Source of the DNA: Methanocaldococcus sp. 16A
Lineage (GTDB): Archaea; AGJL01; Methanococci; Methanococcales; Methanocaldococcaceae
Assembly: GCA_049860595.1 (NCBI GenBank)
Contig: CP187551.1
Length of the DNA: 64,000 nucleotides
Reading direction: 5' to 3' (one strand)
Shown piece by piece: positions 62,736 through 64,000 of this stretch (position 1 is the first letter of the stretch; the number at the start of each line of letters is the position of its first letter). The translations under genes and the position numbers were made by a program. The notes beneath the pieces were generated by a model, which had not been told where the DNA came from, ran no database searches, and saw nothing but the letters and a program-made list of their open reading frames with translations.

Positions 62736-64000
62736 TCACTTATTTAACAATTTTGCTATTGATGGGTGTAACTCACTTACCTTATCTTTTAAAATTTGTT
62801 CATACATTCTATATACAATTGAGACTGTTAACAAAACTCCTGTACCTCCTCCTAAAGCCCCAATAAAATCAGCTATCGCTGCCAATAGCCCAACAAAGGC
62901 AGAACTCATAACTGTTAATGGTGGAATATATCTTCTTAATCTCTGCTCAATTGCCTTTTCACTCTTTCTAAATCCTTTAATTGCCATACCTAATGAGCCA
63001 ATTCTCTTAGCCATACTTTTTGGGTCTAATCCTGTAGTTTCAACCCAGAATATACCGAAGATTATACAAAAGATAATCATTGCTATCATATATACTATAG
63101 CATGTAGAGGGTCTGAGATTACACTTGTTAATCCATAAGGCGTTGAGAGATAATAGGCTATCCCATCTACTGCTCTTCCTCCTTCATAATGTCCAAGAAT
63201 TGGAATTCCAAGCTTATACAATGCCAAACCCCAAAGTTGTATATTTGCAAATAAAGCAGCAGCTAAGATAACAGGGATGTTTGAGACATATATAAACTTT
63301 ATTGGATATTTTCCAACAGCCCCTTTGATTCTTCCATGAGCCAATGGAATTTCAACTCTTAAACATTCAGCATAAACAACCATTAAGAAAACAATTATTG
63401 TCCCAAGTATTGGAGCTATGTATTCAATGTTAGGCATTCCTTGAATTAATGAATTTAGGAACTTCCATAAATATCCTTCTGGCCCAAATGCTCCAACAAA
63501 TATAGTTTGTGAAACACCAGCAGCAATAAACAGCCCAATACCTGAACCAATTCCATATTTTGAGACTATCTCATCTAAATATATTAAGATTATTGAACCT
63601 AAGGCAATCTGAATAATTATCAAAAATGCTAACATTGGAGTTAGTGCTCCAAACGCTCCAGCTCCAACGAACAAAACTGCCTCAACAAAACACATTATTA
63701 TAGATAGAAGCTTCTGACATCCTTGGAACAAAGCTCTGTTTTCTGGAATTGATAAATCCATTTGAATTATTCCAGCTCCAACCAACAACTGCATGATAAT
63801 TCCAGCTGTAACTATAGGCCCAATACCTAAGGTAATTAAAGTCCCCATTTTTGATGCTGTAATTGTTTGCCAAAACTCAAATATGGCCGGAATTTGAGCA
63901 CCTGCTGTATAAATATCTATGGTTCCCATAATGAAATATAGAACCAAAACTATTCCAGTCCATTTAAGCTTTTCTTTAAATGACATTTCTCTAATTGGCA
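62736..64000 (-). CDS. secY: Preprotein translocase SecY, 5'-truncated by window edge
   Basis: LGIGPIVTAGII.QLL, GIGSGI.LFI, YVSNIP, GTG.LL.V. Confidence 0.96.
   Translation of the reverse strand, partial: PIREMSFKEKLKWTGIVLVLYFIMGTIDIYTAGAQIPAIFEFWQTITASKMGTLITLGIGPIVTAGIIMQLLVGAGIIQMDLSIPENRALFQGCQKLLSIIMCFVEAVLFVGAGAFGALTPMLAFLIIIQIALGSIILIYLDEIVSKYGIGSGIGLFIAAGVSQTIFVGAFGPEGYLWKFLNSLIQGMPNIEYIAPILGTIIVFLMVVYAECLRVEIPLAHGRIKGAVGKYPIKFIYVSNIPVILAAALFANIQLWGLALYKLGIPILGHYEGGRAVDGIAYYLSTPYGLTSVISDPLHAIVYMIAMIIFCIIFGIFWVETTGLDPKSMAKRIGSLGMAIKGFRKSEKAIEQRLRRYIPPLTVMSSAFVGLLAAIADFIGALGGGTGVLLTVSIVYRMYEQILKDKVSELHPSIAKLLNK

Overview
AT-rich, gene-dense archaeal chromosome segment, almost certainly from a Methanocaldococcus species. 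The proteins closely resemble M. jannaschii orthologs as I recall them: SepRS, TyrRS, aSelB, MJ1647-type histone, HcgB/HcgC, AksA, L1-L10-L12. Most of the window is core housekeeping, from a 5'-truncated topA to a 5'-truncated secY, with tRNA-Glu(TTC) and tRNA-Arg(TCT). Two accessory blocks stand out. (1) At ~35.9-44.7 kb is a formylmethanofuran dehydrogenase island: fwdF/fwdG divergent from fmdE-A-C(D fusion)-B, then moeA and a DUF364 gene. It has Mo-isoenzyme-style organisation, but its B subunit has an in-frame UGA at the metal ligand and a canonical archaeal SECIS, so it is a selenoprotein that the ORF track split in two. Its moeA is frameshifted in an A8 run. (2) At ~19.5-21.9 kb is an operon of an orphan ModA-like lipoprotein, a membrane 4Fe-4S protein and an ArsP-type permease. 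Non-coding structure includes a C/D-box sRNA, the L1 autoregulatory mRNA site and three families of ~90-110 bp palindromic MITE-like repeats, one nested in another with a TA duplication. There is also a synonymous-only duplicate of the smc 3' end and an apparent gene-conversion tract between two rRNA methyltransferase paralogs. All family assignments come from motif recognition; no database search was run.
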